Positions 41,543-50,437 of a DNA stretch of 64,000 nucleotides are shown one piece after another (positions within the stretch are counted from its first letter, which is position 1; each line of letters begins with the position of its first letter). This stretch comes from an uncultured Actinomycetes bacterium (GTDB lineage Bacteria; Actinomycetota; Thermoleophilia; Gaiellales; JAICJC01): NCBI GenBank assembly GCA_963760755.1, contig CAVXEE010000004.1:627235-691234 (forward strand), read 5' to 3'. A model generated the notes under the pieces. It had not been told where the DNA came from. It did not search any database and saw only the letters and a list, made by a program, of their open reading frames with translations. A program made the translations under genes and the position numbers.

Positions 41543-42865
41543 ATGGCGGAAGAGTCCACAGTCACACGCGCGTCGACCGGGTTCGACGAGGCGATCGCGA
41601 CGCGCACCGCGAAGATCGGCATCATCGGCCTGGGCTACGCGGGGCTGCCGCTGGCCGTCGGGTTCGCCGACTCCGGGTTCAACGTGCTCGGCATCGACCT
41701 CGACCCCGACCGGGTCGCGTCGGTCAACGCGGCCAGGTCGTACCTGACCGACATGGCCGACGGCGACCTCGCCCGCCTGGACGGCCGGGTGTCGGCCGCG
41801 ACGACCTACGATCGCGCCGACGAGGCCTCCGCCTTCATCATCTGCGTGCCGACGCCGCTCTCGAAGACGCGCACGCCCGACCTGTCCTACGTCGTCGCCG
41901 CGGTCGAGGCCGTCGCCGCGCGGCTCGTGCCCGGCCAGCTCGTCGTGCTCCAGTCGACGACCGTCCCCGGCACGACCGACGAGCTGCTCGTCTCGGCGCT
42001 CGAGCGCGCCACCGGTGGCACGGTCGGCGAGGACTTCTTCGTCGGATACGCCCCAGAGCGCGTCGACCCCGCCAACAAGGCCGGCTGGACGCTGCGCACG
42101 ACGCCGAAGCTCGTCTCCGGCGTAACCGAGGAGTGCGCGCGCCGCACCGCCCTCCTGTTCGAGCAGGTCTGCGACACCGTCATTCCGTGCGGATCGCCCC
42201 GCGTCGCCGAGCTCGCGAAGCTGTACGAGAACACCTTCCGCCAGGTGAACATCGCCCTCGCGAACGAGCTCGCCCTCATGTGCCAGCGCCTCGGCGTGTC
42301 GGCCTGGGAGGTCATCGACGCCGCGGCCACCAAGCCGTTCGGGTTCCTGCCCCACTACCCCGGCCCCGGCCTGGGCGGCGACTGCATCCCGGTCGTCCCC
42401 CACTTCCTCTCCTACCGGCTGCGCGAGTGCGGCTACCAGACACGCATGATCGACGCCGCCCACGAGATCAATACCACGATGCCCGAGTTCGTCTGCGAGC
42501 TCGTCACGCGGGCGCTGAACGACCGCGGCAAGGCGGTGCGCGGGGCGCGGATCCTGCTCTGCGGCGTCGCCTACAAGCCGAACGTCTCGGATCTGCGCGA
42601 GTCGCCGGCCCTGGTGATCTTCGAGGAGCTGCAGCGCCGCGGCGCCCAGATCGCGTTCGCCGATCCGCACGTCGCGAGCGTCACGGTCGGCAGCTACGTC
42701 TATCCGGCCGCCCCGTGGAACGCGGCGATCGTCGCCAGCGCCGACGTGGTCGTGATGCTGACGCCGCACGACGAGTTCCTGGCGGCACCGCACTGGGACG
42801 TCGCCCAGACGGTCGTCGACACCCGCAACGTCGTCGCGCCGGGCGAGGGCGTGTACCAGCTGTGA
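41543..42865 (+). CDS. Nucleotide-sugar dehydrogenase, UDP-N-acetylhexosamine (WbpA/WecC) type
   Basis: GLGYAGLP, ICVPTP, STTVPGTT, PERVDPAN, KLYENTFRQVNIA, GPGLGGDCIP, YKPNVSDLRESP; GGAGG RBS. Confidence 0.9.
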   Translation: MAEESTVTRASTGFDEAIATRTAKIGIIGLGYAGLPLAVGFADSGFNVLGIDLDPDRVASVNAARSYLTDMADGDLARLDGRVSAATTYDRADEASAFIICVPTPLSKTRTPDLSYVVAAVEAVAARLVPGQLVVLQSTTVPGTTDELLVSALERATGGTVGEDFFVGYAPERVDPANKAGWTLRTTPKLVSGVTEECARRTALLFEQVCDTVIPCGSPRVAELAKLYENTFRQVNIALANELALMCQRLGVSAWEVIDAAATKPFGFLPHYPGPGLGGDCIPVVPHFLSYRLRECGYQTRMIDAAHEINTTMPEFVCELVTRALNDRGKAVRGARILLCGVAYKPNVSDLRESPALVIFEELQRRGAQIAFADPHVASVTVGSYVYPAAPWNAAIVASADVVVMLTPHDEFLAAPHWDVAQTVVDTRNVVAPGEGVYQL

Positions 42866-44649
42866 GCCTGCGCCCCGGCAAAGAGAAGCCGGCATCGGCC
42901 GTCGGCCGCCTGTTCCAAGCCGGCTGCCTCGCCTACGGGCTCGCCATCGCCTACGACAGCGCCCGCAAGCGCCGCCTCGCCGCCCTCGAGGCGGCGGGAC
43001 GCACAGACCTGGCGGCGTTCGCGCCGCTCGCGGCCGCCGAGCCGAAGCCGGCCGTCGTTGTGCCGCGCGAGCCGCCGGCCGAGGCCGCGCAGCCCGCGGC
43101 GAGCGCCGTCGCGGTGGCCGTCGCCGCCGAGCCCGACGCCCACCCGGAGCCCGAGCCGGAGCCCGAGCCCGCGGCGTGGCCGCAGCCGTACCTGGCGCTC
43201 GTGCCGGAGCCGGCCGCCGAGCCTGCCCCCGACATCGTCTCGGCGGTCGAGCCGGCCGCCGTGTTCGAGCCGATCGACGAGAGCCGGGCCGGCCTTCCCG
43301 ACGGCCTGCGCGACTCGCTCTGGGCGCGACTGGCCATCGGCGCGATCCAGCTCGTCTGCGTTGCCTACAGCATCGTCCTGCTCTACATCGTGTGGATGGC
43401 GAAGGACATCACCGTCGCCTCGATCACCCGTGACCCGGTGTTCGGCGGCTATTCGCTCCTCGTCACCCTCTACGTGCTCGCCCGCTTCTCGATCGCCCCG
43501 TTCTACCGGTCGACGCCCGATACCGGCTACCGGCCCTCGTGCTCGATCGTGATCCCCGCGTTCAACGAGGAGGGCTGCATCGAGGCCACAATCGACGCCT
43601 GCTTCTCGGCCGACTACCCCCGGGATCAGATCGAGGTCGTCGTCGTCGACGACGGGTCGAGCGACAGCACGTGGGAGCGCATGCTCGCCAGCCGCGAGCG
43701 CTACCCGTCGCTGCTCTGCGTCCAGTTCTCGCAGAACCGCGGCAAGCGCGCGGCGATGGCCGAGGGCATCCGCCGGTCGAGCGGCGAGGTGTGCGTGTTC
43801 ATCGACTCGGACTCGGTGATCGAGTCCGACGGGCTCGCCATGATCATGGCCGACTTCCGCGACGAGCGGGTCGGCGCCGTCGTCGGCACAGCCGACGTCA
43901 TGAACAAGGCGCAGAACCTGATGACCAAGATGCAGCAGGTGCGCTACTTCTGCGCGTTTCGGGTCGTCAAGGGCTCGGAGTCGGTGTTCGGCGCCGTCAC
44001 CTGCGCGTCGGGGTGCTTCTCGGCCTACCGCCGCTCGGCCCTGCTCGAGATCCTGCCCCGCTGGGAGACCCAGCGCTTCCTGGGCCGCCCGGCCACCTAC
44101 GGCGACGATCGCGCGCTCACGAACTACATCCTGCGCAACCACCGCGTCACCTACCAGTCGCAGGCCCGCAGCCACACGCTCGCGCCGGACACGCTGAAGG
44201 CGTTCCTGATCCAGCAGATCCGGTGGCGCAAGAGCTGGCTGCGCGAGTCGCTCCACGTCGTGCGGTTCATGTGGCGCAAGCACCCCGTCGCCGCCGCGCT
44301 CACCTACCTCGGCGTGCTCTTCCCGTGGGTGGCGCCCATCGTCGCGTTCCGGTCGCTCTACTGGCACAGCATCATGACCGGCAGCCCGTGGTTCTACCTC
44401 ATGGGCGCCTACGTGATGGCACTGCTCTACTCGCTCTACTACGCCGTCTCGCGCAAGAGCCCGCTGTGGCACCACGGCATCACGTTCATCGTGATCTACA
44501 TGGCCTTCCTGGTCTGGCTCACCTACTACGCCCTGCTCACGCTGCGCAACACGAGCTGGGGCACGCGCGCCTCGACCCACACGCTCGGCGAGGTGTCGGT
44601 GACGGTGGTCGGCCCCGGTCATCCCGCCACGATCTCCGAGGCGGCCTGA
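42862..44649 (+). CDS. GT2 processive glycosyltransferase, class I hyaluronan-synthase-like
   Basis: DDGS, NRGKR, DSDS, CASG..SAYRR, GDDRALT, QQIRWRKSW, C-terminal WGTR; 2 N-terminal and several C-terminal TM helices. Confidence 0.85.
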   Translation: MSLRPGKEKPASAVGRLFQAGCLAYGLAIAYDSARKRRLAALEAAGRTDLAAFAPLAAAEPKPAVVVPREPPAEAAQPAASAVAVAVAAEPDAHPEPEPEPEPAAWPQPYLALVPEPAAEPAPDIVSAVEPAAVFEPIDESRAGLPDGLRDSLWARLAIGAIQLVCVAYSIVLLYIVWMAKDITVASITRDPVFGGYSLLVTLYVLARFSIAPFYRSTPDTGYRPSCSIVIPAFNEEGCIEATIDACFSADYPRDQIEVVVVDDGSSDSTWERMLASRERYPSLLCVQFSQNRGKRAAMAEGIRRSSGEVCVFIDSDSVIESDGLAMIMADFRDERVGAVVGTADVMNKAQNLMTKMQQVRYFCAFRVVKGSESVFGAVTCASGCFSAYRRSALLEILPRWETQRFLGRPATYGDDRALTNYILRNHRVTYQSQARSHTLAPDTLKAFLIQQIRWRKSWLRESLHVVRFMWRKHPVAAALTYLGVLFPWVAPIVAFRSLYWHSIMTGSPWFYLMGAYVMALLYSLYYAVSRKSPLWHHGITFIVIYMAFLVWLTYYALLTLRNTSWGTRASTHTLGEVSVTVVGPGHPATISEAA

Positions 44650-44651
44650 CC

Positions 44652-46382
44652 ATGCGCCACTCACGCCTCTCCCCCCGCCGCCGGTGGTTGCTCCAGAGCA
44701 TCGTCGGCCTGGTGACCCTGCCGCTCTCGGCCGTGCCGATCTGGATCTACGCCACCCACACGTCGGTCGGTCAGCTCCTGTCGATGCGGGCGCGCTACCA
44801 GTTCTTCGCCCCCTCCACGCCGTCCCTCTCCCCCGCCGCCACGGCCGCAGCCGTGGCCGACCGGCACCGCACGGTCGCGGGCGTCCCGGTGCTGCTCTAC
44901 AGCATCGGCCACCCGACCGAGTCGTTCGACGGCCGCTACGTGGTCAGCCGGGAGCACTTCGCCGAGCAGATGTGGGCGCTGCGCGACGCGGGCTACACGC
45001 CGATCAAGGTCGAGCAGCTCGCCCAGTACCTGCGCACCGGCAGCCGCACCGGCCTGCCCGCAAAGCCCGTGCTGATCACCTTCGACGACTCGAAGACCGA
45101 GGCGATGCTCCAGGCCGATCCGATCCTGTCAGCGACCGGCATGCGCGCGGTGATGTTCGTCAGCGGCGGCCACGCCTCGTCGGGGAGCCTCTTCGCCGAG
45201 CAGTGGGACAGCCTCGCCGGCTACGGGTCGAGCGGCCGCTGGGAGCTCGAGAACCGCACGAACGACCTCAGCGCTCCGACCCGCGACGGGTCGCGCCTCT
45301 CGACTCGGCTCATCGAGTCGCCGCCGAGCGAGACGACGGCCGCCTACGCCCACCGCGTCGCCTCCGACCTGGAGTCCGCGGAAGGCCAGCTCCAGAGCCA
45401 CGGCGCCGGCCATGCGATCGCATTCGCCTACCCGTACGGCAACTGGGGCCAGCACGCCCGGCCGGGGATCGCCGCGGCCCTGCGTCAGGTCGTCGGCCAC
45501 CGCTTCCGGCTCGCGTTCGACCAGGATCAGCAGTCGGGCTGGCGCCCGGTGCTCCCGGGCGACGACCGCCTCCACATCCACCGGCTCGAGGTGATGGACT
45601 GGACCGGCACCGAGCTTCTGCGCCGCCTCGACGCGGGCGCGCAGCTCGGTCAGACCGTGTTCGCCGAGCGCGGCCTCGACCACTCCTACAGCGCCCTGCA
45701 GCTGCTGCGGGCGGCCAAGGCCTACCGTTGCACCGGCGTTCCCGGCACCGTGCTCGCCGCCCCGGCGCGTGCGCCTCACGCCGTGGCGCTCTCGTTCGAC
45801 GACGGCCCCTCGGCCTACACGCCCCAGGTGCTCGACCTGCTCGAGCACGCCCACGCCCACGCCACGTTCTTCGTCTCGGCCGGCCCGCTGCACGGCCGGG
45901 GCCGGATCCTCACCCGGATGCTGGCCGACGGCGACGAGATCGGAAACGGCGGCGTGACGGCGCCGGCGCTCGCCGGCCGGCCGGCGGGGCAGACACGCGC
46001 GGCGCTGCTCGCGACCGTGCGCGCCATCCAGACCGCCGTCCCGCTCTCGCCCTGCATCGCCCGCCCGCCGCGCAGCTCCGACGCCGCGGCGCTCGCACGG
46101 ATCGCCGGCCCCCTGGGCGAGCGGGTCGCGACGTGGTCGGTCGACCCGCGCGACTTCGCCACCACCGACCCCGCGCTGATCGCCCGCCGCGTGCTGCGTG
46201 CGGTGCGGCCCGGCTCGGTCATCGCCCTGCACGACGGCGGATCCAACCGCTGGGCCACCGTGCAGGCCATCCCACGCATCCTCGCCGGACTCGCCCGGCG
46301 CGGCTACCAGGTGACCACGGTCACCGAACTCGCCCGCGACCTGGGTCACGCGCCCTCCTCGGCGCGACGCCCCGGCAACTGA
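44652..46382 (+). CDS. Tandem CE4 polysaccharide deacetylase-like protein (IcaB/PgaB-like plus NodB-like domain)
   Basis: LITFDDS...FAYPYG; ALSFDDGP...ATFFV...WSVDPRDF...IALHDGG; N-terminal TM anchor. Confidence 0.82.
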   Translation: MRHSRLSPRRRWLLQSIVGLVTLPLSAVPIWIYATHTSVGQLLSMRARYQFFAPSTPSLSPAATAAAVADRHRTVAGVPVLLYSIGHPTESFDGRYVVSREHFAEQMWALRDAGYTPIKVEQLAQYLRTGSRTGLPAKPVLITFDDSKTEAMLQADPILSATGMRAVMFVSGGHASSGSLFAEQWDSLAGYGSSGRWELENRTNDLSAPTRDGSRLSTRLIESPPSETTAAYAHRVASDLESAEGQLQSHGAGHAIAFAYPYGNWGQHARPGIAAALRQVVGHRFRLAFDQDQQSGWRPVLPGDDRLHIHRLEVMDWTGTELLRRLDAGAQLGQTVFAERGLDHSYSALQLLRAAKAYRCTGVPGTVLAAPARAPHAVALSFDDGPSAYTPQVLDLLEHAHAHATFFVSAGPLHGRGRILTRMLADGDEIGNGGVTAPALAGRPAGQTRAALLATVRAIQTAVPLSPCIARPPRSSDAAALARIAGPLGERVATWSVDPRDFATTDPALIARRVLRAVRPGSVIALHDGGSNRWATVQAIPRILAGLARRGYQVTTVTELARDLGHAPSSARRPGN

Positions 46383-46399
46383 AGGAGACACGAGACGAC

Positions 46400-48256
46400 A
46401 TGTGCGGAATCATCGGGTACATCGGGCACCGGCAGGCAATGGACGTCCTCCTCGAGGGGCTCTCGCGGCTGGAGTACCGCGGCTACGACTCGGCCGGGCT
46501 CGCGCTGCACACGGGCGACGAGGTCATGACGCGGCGCGCGGTGGGCAACCTGGCGACGCTGCGGCAGTCGATCTCGGACGCCTGGTCGGGAAACGCGGTC
46601 GCCACCACGACCGTCGCGGCCACGGCCGGCATCGCCCACACCCGCTGGGCCACGCACGGCGGCGTCACCGAGGAGAACGCGCATCCGCACGCCGACTGCG
46701 AGGGCCGCATCCATGTCGTCCTGAACGGCATCGTCGAGAACCACCGCTCCCTGCGGGAGGGGCTCGAGCTCGAGGGCTGCACGTTCACGTCCGAGACCGA
46801 CGCCGAGCCGATCGCCCACCTGATCGAGCGCCATCTCGAGACCGCCGGCAATCTGTACGAGGCCGTCCGCCGCGCCTCGCTCGAGCTCGAGGGCCACTAC
46901 GCCATCGTCGTCCTCGACCGCGAGGATCCGCAGACGCTCGTCGCGGTGCGCAAGGAGTGCCCGCTCGTCATCGGGCTCGGGCAGGGCGAGACCTTCATCG
47001 CCTCGGCCGCCGCCGCGTTCCGTGCCTTCACCGACCGCACGATCGTCGTCGCCGACGGGCAGATGGCCGTCATCACCTCGCACGGAGTCGCCCTGACCGA
47101 CGCCGCGACGGCGACCGAGATGCCGGCGCACGTCCAGCGCATCGGCTGGCTCGTCGACGACGTCGACAAGGGCCGCTACGACACGTTCATGCGGAAGGAG
47201 ATCGACGACCAGCCGGCCGCCTTCGGCACCACCGTCGCCCGCCACACCGGCGAGAGCGGCGGGTTCACGCTGGGAGACGCCGAGCCGCTGCTCGCCGCGG
47301 CCCGCCGCATCGTGATCGTCGCCTGCGGGACGTCCTACCACGCGGGCCTGCTCGGCCGCCACCTGCTGCACGGCTGGGCGCGCGTGCCCGCGCTCGTCGA
47401 GATCGCGTCCGAGTGGCGCTACTCCGACCCGGTGCTCGAGCGCGGCGACGTCGTCCTCGCGATCAGCCAGTCCGGCGAGACGCGCGACACCCTGGCCGCA
47501 CTGCGCCTGGCCGGCGAGATGGGCGTCCCGACGGTGGCGCTCACGAACGTCGAGGGCTCGCAGATCTGCGACCACGCCGACGCGGTGCTCCTGACCCACG
47601 CCGGACCCGAGATCGGCGTCGCCGCCACCAAGACGTTCACGACCCAGACCGCCCTGCTGTCGGTGCTCGCGGCGCGACTCGCGGCCAACCGCGGGATGCT
47701 CGATCCGCGCGCCCGTCGCCATCTGGCAAACCAGCTGCGGGCGATTCCCGAACTGATGACCGAGACCGTGGTACGCTCCGAGCCAGTCGCCGCCCGTCTT
47801 GGACGGCGTTGGGCGCGGGCCGGGTTCTTCTTCTACATCGCCCGCAACCTGGGTCTGCCGGTGGCCCTCGAGGGGGCCCTGAAGATGAAGGAAATCAGCT
47901 ACGTGCCGTCGGATGCCTACGCGGCCGGAGAGATGAAGCACGGGCCCATCGCGCTGCTCTCGCCGGACACGCCGACGATCGCCGTCGCAACGGGCACGCC
48001 CGTGGTCGACAAGCTCGCCTCGAACGTCGCCGAGGTGAAGACGCGCGGCTCGCACGTGCTCGCGATCGCCCCCGAGGACGATCCGCGCATGCTCGAGTAC
48101 GCCGACGAGACGGTCTTCGTCCCGGCCGTCGACTGGCGGCTGCAGCCGATCCTCTCGGTGGTGCCGCTGCAGCTGCTCGCGCTCGAGACCGCCGAGGCGC
48201 GCGGTCTGAACGTCGACCAGCCCCGCAACCTGGCCAAGACGGTGACCGTCGAGTGA
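46400..48256 (+). CDS. glmS: Glutamine--fructose-6-phosphate aminotransferase
   Basis: MCGIIGY, LEYRGYDSAG, HTRWATHG, SQSGET, GVAATKTF, KHGPIAL, PRNLAKTVTVE. Confidence 0.96.
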   Translation: MCGIIGYIGHRQAMDVLLEGLSRLEYRGYDSAGLALHTGDEVMTRRAVGNLATLRQSISDAWSGNAVATTTVAATAGIAHTRWATHGGVTEENAHPHADCEGRIHVVLNGIVENHRSLREGLELEGCTFTSETDAEPIAHLIERHLETAGNLYEAVRRASLELEGHYAIVVLDREDPQTLVAVRKECPLVIGLGQGETFIASAAAAFRAFTDRTIVVADGQMAVITSHGVALTDAATATEMPAHVQRIGWLVDDVDKGRYDTFMRKEIDDQPAAFGTTVARHTGESGGFTLGDAEPLLAAARRIVIVACGTSYHAGLLGRHLLHGWARVPALVEIASEWRYSDPVLERGDVVLAISQSGETRDTLAALRLAGEMGVPTVALTNVEGSQICDHADAVLLTHAGPEIGVAATKTFTTQTALLSVLAARLAANRGMLDPRARRHLANQLRAIPELMTETVVRSEPVAARLGRRWARAGFFFYIARNLGLPVALEGALKMKEISYVPSDAYAAGEMKHGPIALLSPDTPTIAVATGTPVVDKLASNVAEVKTRGSHVLAIAPEDDPRMLEYADETVFVPAVDWRLQPILSVVPLQLLALETAEARGLNVDQPRNLAKTVTVE

Positions 48257-49827
48257 GAGCCGGCGTGCGCCTGGCGACCGTGGCTGCCGGCGCAGCCGTG
48301 CTGCTCGTCGCCGGGTACTCGGGGGTGGCGCATGCGTCGGCGTGCAGCTCCCGCAGGGTCACGCACCTGCGCTGGAGCCGCGCGCGCGGCGCCCCCGCGG
48401 GGCTGCTGCGCTGGCGCGCTCCGGCGCACCTGCCAGCCGAGGCGGGCTACCGCGTCTGGCGCTCGGGCGCGCTGATCGGCGTGGCCCGCAGACGGCGCGC
48501 CCCTGTCCACGTCACCCCGCGGCACACCTACACCTTCTCGGTGCGCGTCGAGAACCTCGTCACGGGCCACATCTCGGCCTGCAGCGCCTCGCTGACGCGG
48601 ACGATCAACTACTACCGGCCGGGCATGGCCGGCCACCTGGTGGCGGCCAAGCCCAACGAGACGTCCGTGTTCCTGGCCTGGCGGCCGGCCCGCCGCGGCG
48701 ACGGCCGCATGGCCGGCTACCGCGTGTACCGAAACGGCGAGGTCGTGCAGCAGACGCGGCACACGCACTTCACCGCCCGCCACCTCTTCGCCGGCACGGC
48801 CTACCGGTTCTACGTGCGCGCGGTCGACACGAACGGCATCCAGGGCCGCCCCTCGCGCACCGTCCACCTGACGACGCCCACACCGCCGCTGACGACGGGG
48901 AATGCGACGGCGTTCATCCTCGAGTCCGACGGCGCCAGCTTCGCCGACCTGCAGCGCCACTACATGCGCATCGGCACGATCTTCCCGACGTACTTCAACT
49001 GCACGCCGACGGGCGGGATCATGGGGGTCAACGACCCGCTCGTCACGGGGTGGTCGCAGGAGCGCGGCATCAGCGTCGAGCCGCGGTTCAACTGCCAGAA
49101 CCAGGCCGCGCTGGTCGCGATCCTGACCAACTCGACGATCCAGCAGCACGTGATCGCCGGCCTCGTGCAGCTCGCGGTGACGAACAGCTACCAGGGCATC
49201 AACATCGACTTCGAGTCGAACAACGCGGCCCAGTACCGGAATCAGCTCACCAGCTTCATCACGAAGCTCACGACCGCCCTCCACGCCCAGGGCAAGAAGC
49301 TCTCGGTCGAGGTCTCGGCCGCCTACTACAACCAGCTCACGGGCCGGGCCGGGTTCTACGACTACCACGCGCTCGCGGCGGTTGCCGACCAGGTCGTCGT
49401 GATGGACTGGGGCAAGTCGTGGGCGACGAGCGCCCCGGGCGGCCTCGACCCGATGCCGTGGTTCTCGAGCGTGCTCGCCTATGTGCACACGATGCCCGTG
49501 GCGTCGAAGTTCACGATCGTGATGACGCTCTACGGCATCGACTGGCCCGGCGCCGGCGGCGCCGCCCACCCGGGCACGCCGCTCGAGTGGATCAACGTGC
49601 GCGCGTTGATCAACACGTACCACGCCACGCCGGTGATCGACCCGGTCGCCGACGATCCGCACTTCTCCTACGTCGACTCGGCCGGCGTCACGCACAGCGT
49701 GTGGTACTCGAACCAGCACACGATCGCCGACCGCGTCGCGCTCGCGCGCAGCTACGGCTTCGGCGCGGCGTACTGGCGGCTCGGCCGTGAGGATCCCGAC
49801 ATCTGGGGCATCCCCGACGTCGGTTGA
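48253..49827 (+). CDS. Secreted Fn3-Fn3-GH18 glycoside hydrolase
   Basis: Signal peptide, two Fn3-like repeats (GYRV...YTFSVRV / YRFYVRAVD), GINIDFE, YDYHAL, YWRLGRED. Confidence 0.82.
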   Translation: MRAGVRLATVAAGAAVLLVAGYSGVAHASACSSRRVTHLRWSRARGAPAGLLRWRAPAHLPAEAGYRVWRSGALIGVARRRRAPVHVTPRHTYTFSVRVENLVTGHISACSASLTRTINYYRPGMAGHLVAAKPNETSVFLAWRPARRGDGRMAGYRVYRNGEVVQQTRHTHFTARHLFAGTAYRFYVRAVDTNGIQGRPSRTVHLTTPTPPLTTGNATAFILESDGASFADLQRHYMRIGTIFPTYFNCTPTGGIMGVNDPLVTGWSQERGISVEPRFNCQNQAALVAILTNSTIQQHVIAGLVQLAVTNSYQGINIDFESNNAAQYRNQLTSFITKLTTALHAQGKKLSVEVSAAYYNQLTGRAGFYDYHALAAVADQVVVMDWGKSWATSAPGGLDPMPWFSSVLAYVHTMPVASKFTIVMTLYGIDWPGAGGAAHPGTPLEWINVRALINTYHATPVIDPVADDPHFSYVDSAGVTHSVWYSNQHTIADRVALARSYGFGAAYWRLGREDPDIWGIPDVG

Positions 49828-49863
49828 GAGCGGCTGAACGCCGCCCGGGGTACCGTGCGGCCG

Positions 49864-50424
49864 ATGGCCCGGATCCTGCTCGTATCGGGCAGCACGCGCG
49901 GCGGCTCGACGAACACCGCCCTGTTGCGCACCGCGGTCGCCGTTGCGCCGGCGGGGATCGAGGCCGTGCTCTACGACGGGATGACGGCGCTCCCGCACTT
50001 CAACCCGGATGACGACGCCGACCCCCTGCCCGCGGCCGTCGCCGGCCTGCGCGCCCAGGTCGGCGCTGCGGATGCCGTGCTCATCTGCACGCCGGAGTAC
50101 GCCGGGGCGCTCCCGGGGACGTTCAAGAACCTGCTCGACTGGTCGGTGGGCGGCCCCGAGATGTACGGCAAGCCGGTGGCGTGGGTGAACGCCTCCGGCT
50201 CCCCCACCCGCGCCCGTCACGCGCACGAGTCGCTCGCCACGGTGCTCGGCTACATCCACGCCGACGTCGTTGCGGACGCCTGCGTCCACATCCCGGTCGC
50301 GCGCACCACGATCGGCGCCGACGGGCTCGTCGCCGACGACGGCGTGCGCCGCCGGATCGCCACCGTGATCGAGTCGCTGGCGCGGTACGCAGCCACCCGG
50401 CCGGAGTGGGATCCGGCGGCGTAG
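49864..50424 (+). CDS. NADPH-dependent FMN reductase
   Basis: VSGSTRGGSTN, LPHFNPD, TPEYAGALPGTFKNLLDW. Confidence 0.9.
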   Translation: MARILLVSGSTRGGSTNTALLRTAVAVAPAGIEAVLYDGMTALPHFNPDDDADPLPAAVAGLRAQVGAADAVLICTPEYAGALPGTFKNLLDWSVGGPEMYGKPVAWVNASGSPTRARHAHESLATVLGYIHADVVADACVHIPVARTTIGADGLVADDGVRRRIATVIESLARYAATRPEWDPAA

Positions 50425-50437
50425 AGCCGCCAGGCGG

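Noticed and set aside
41281-49827. Very long overlapping ORFs (1122, 947, 1190, 1141 aa) suggesting giant fusion proteins
   Set aside because: Each is a real gene extended upstream through a stop-free alternative frame of its neighbour; true starts are given in the features.
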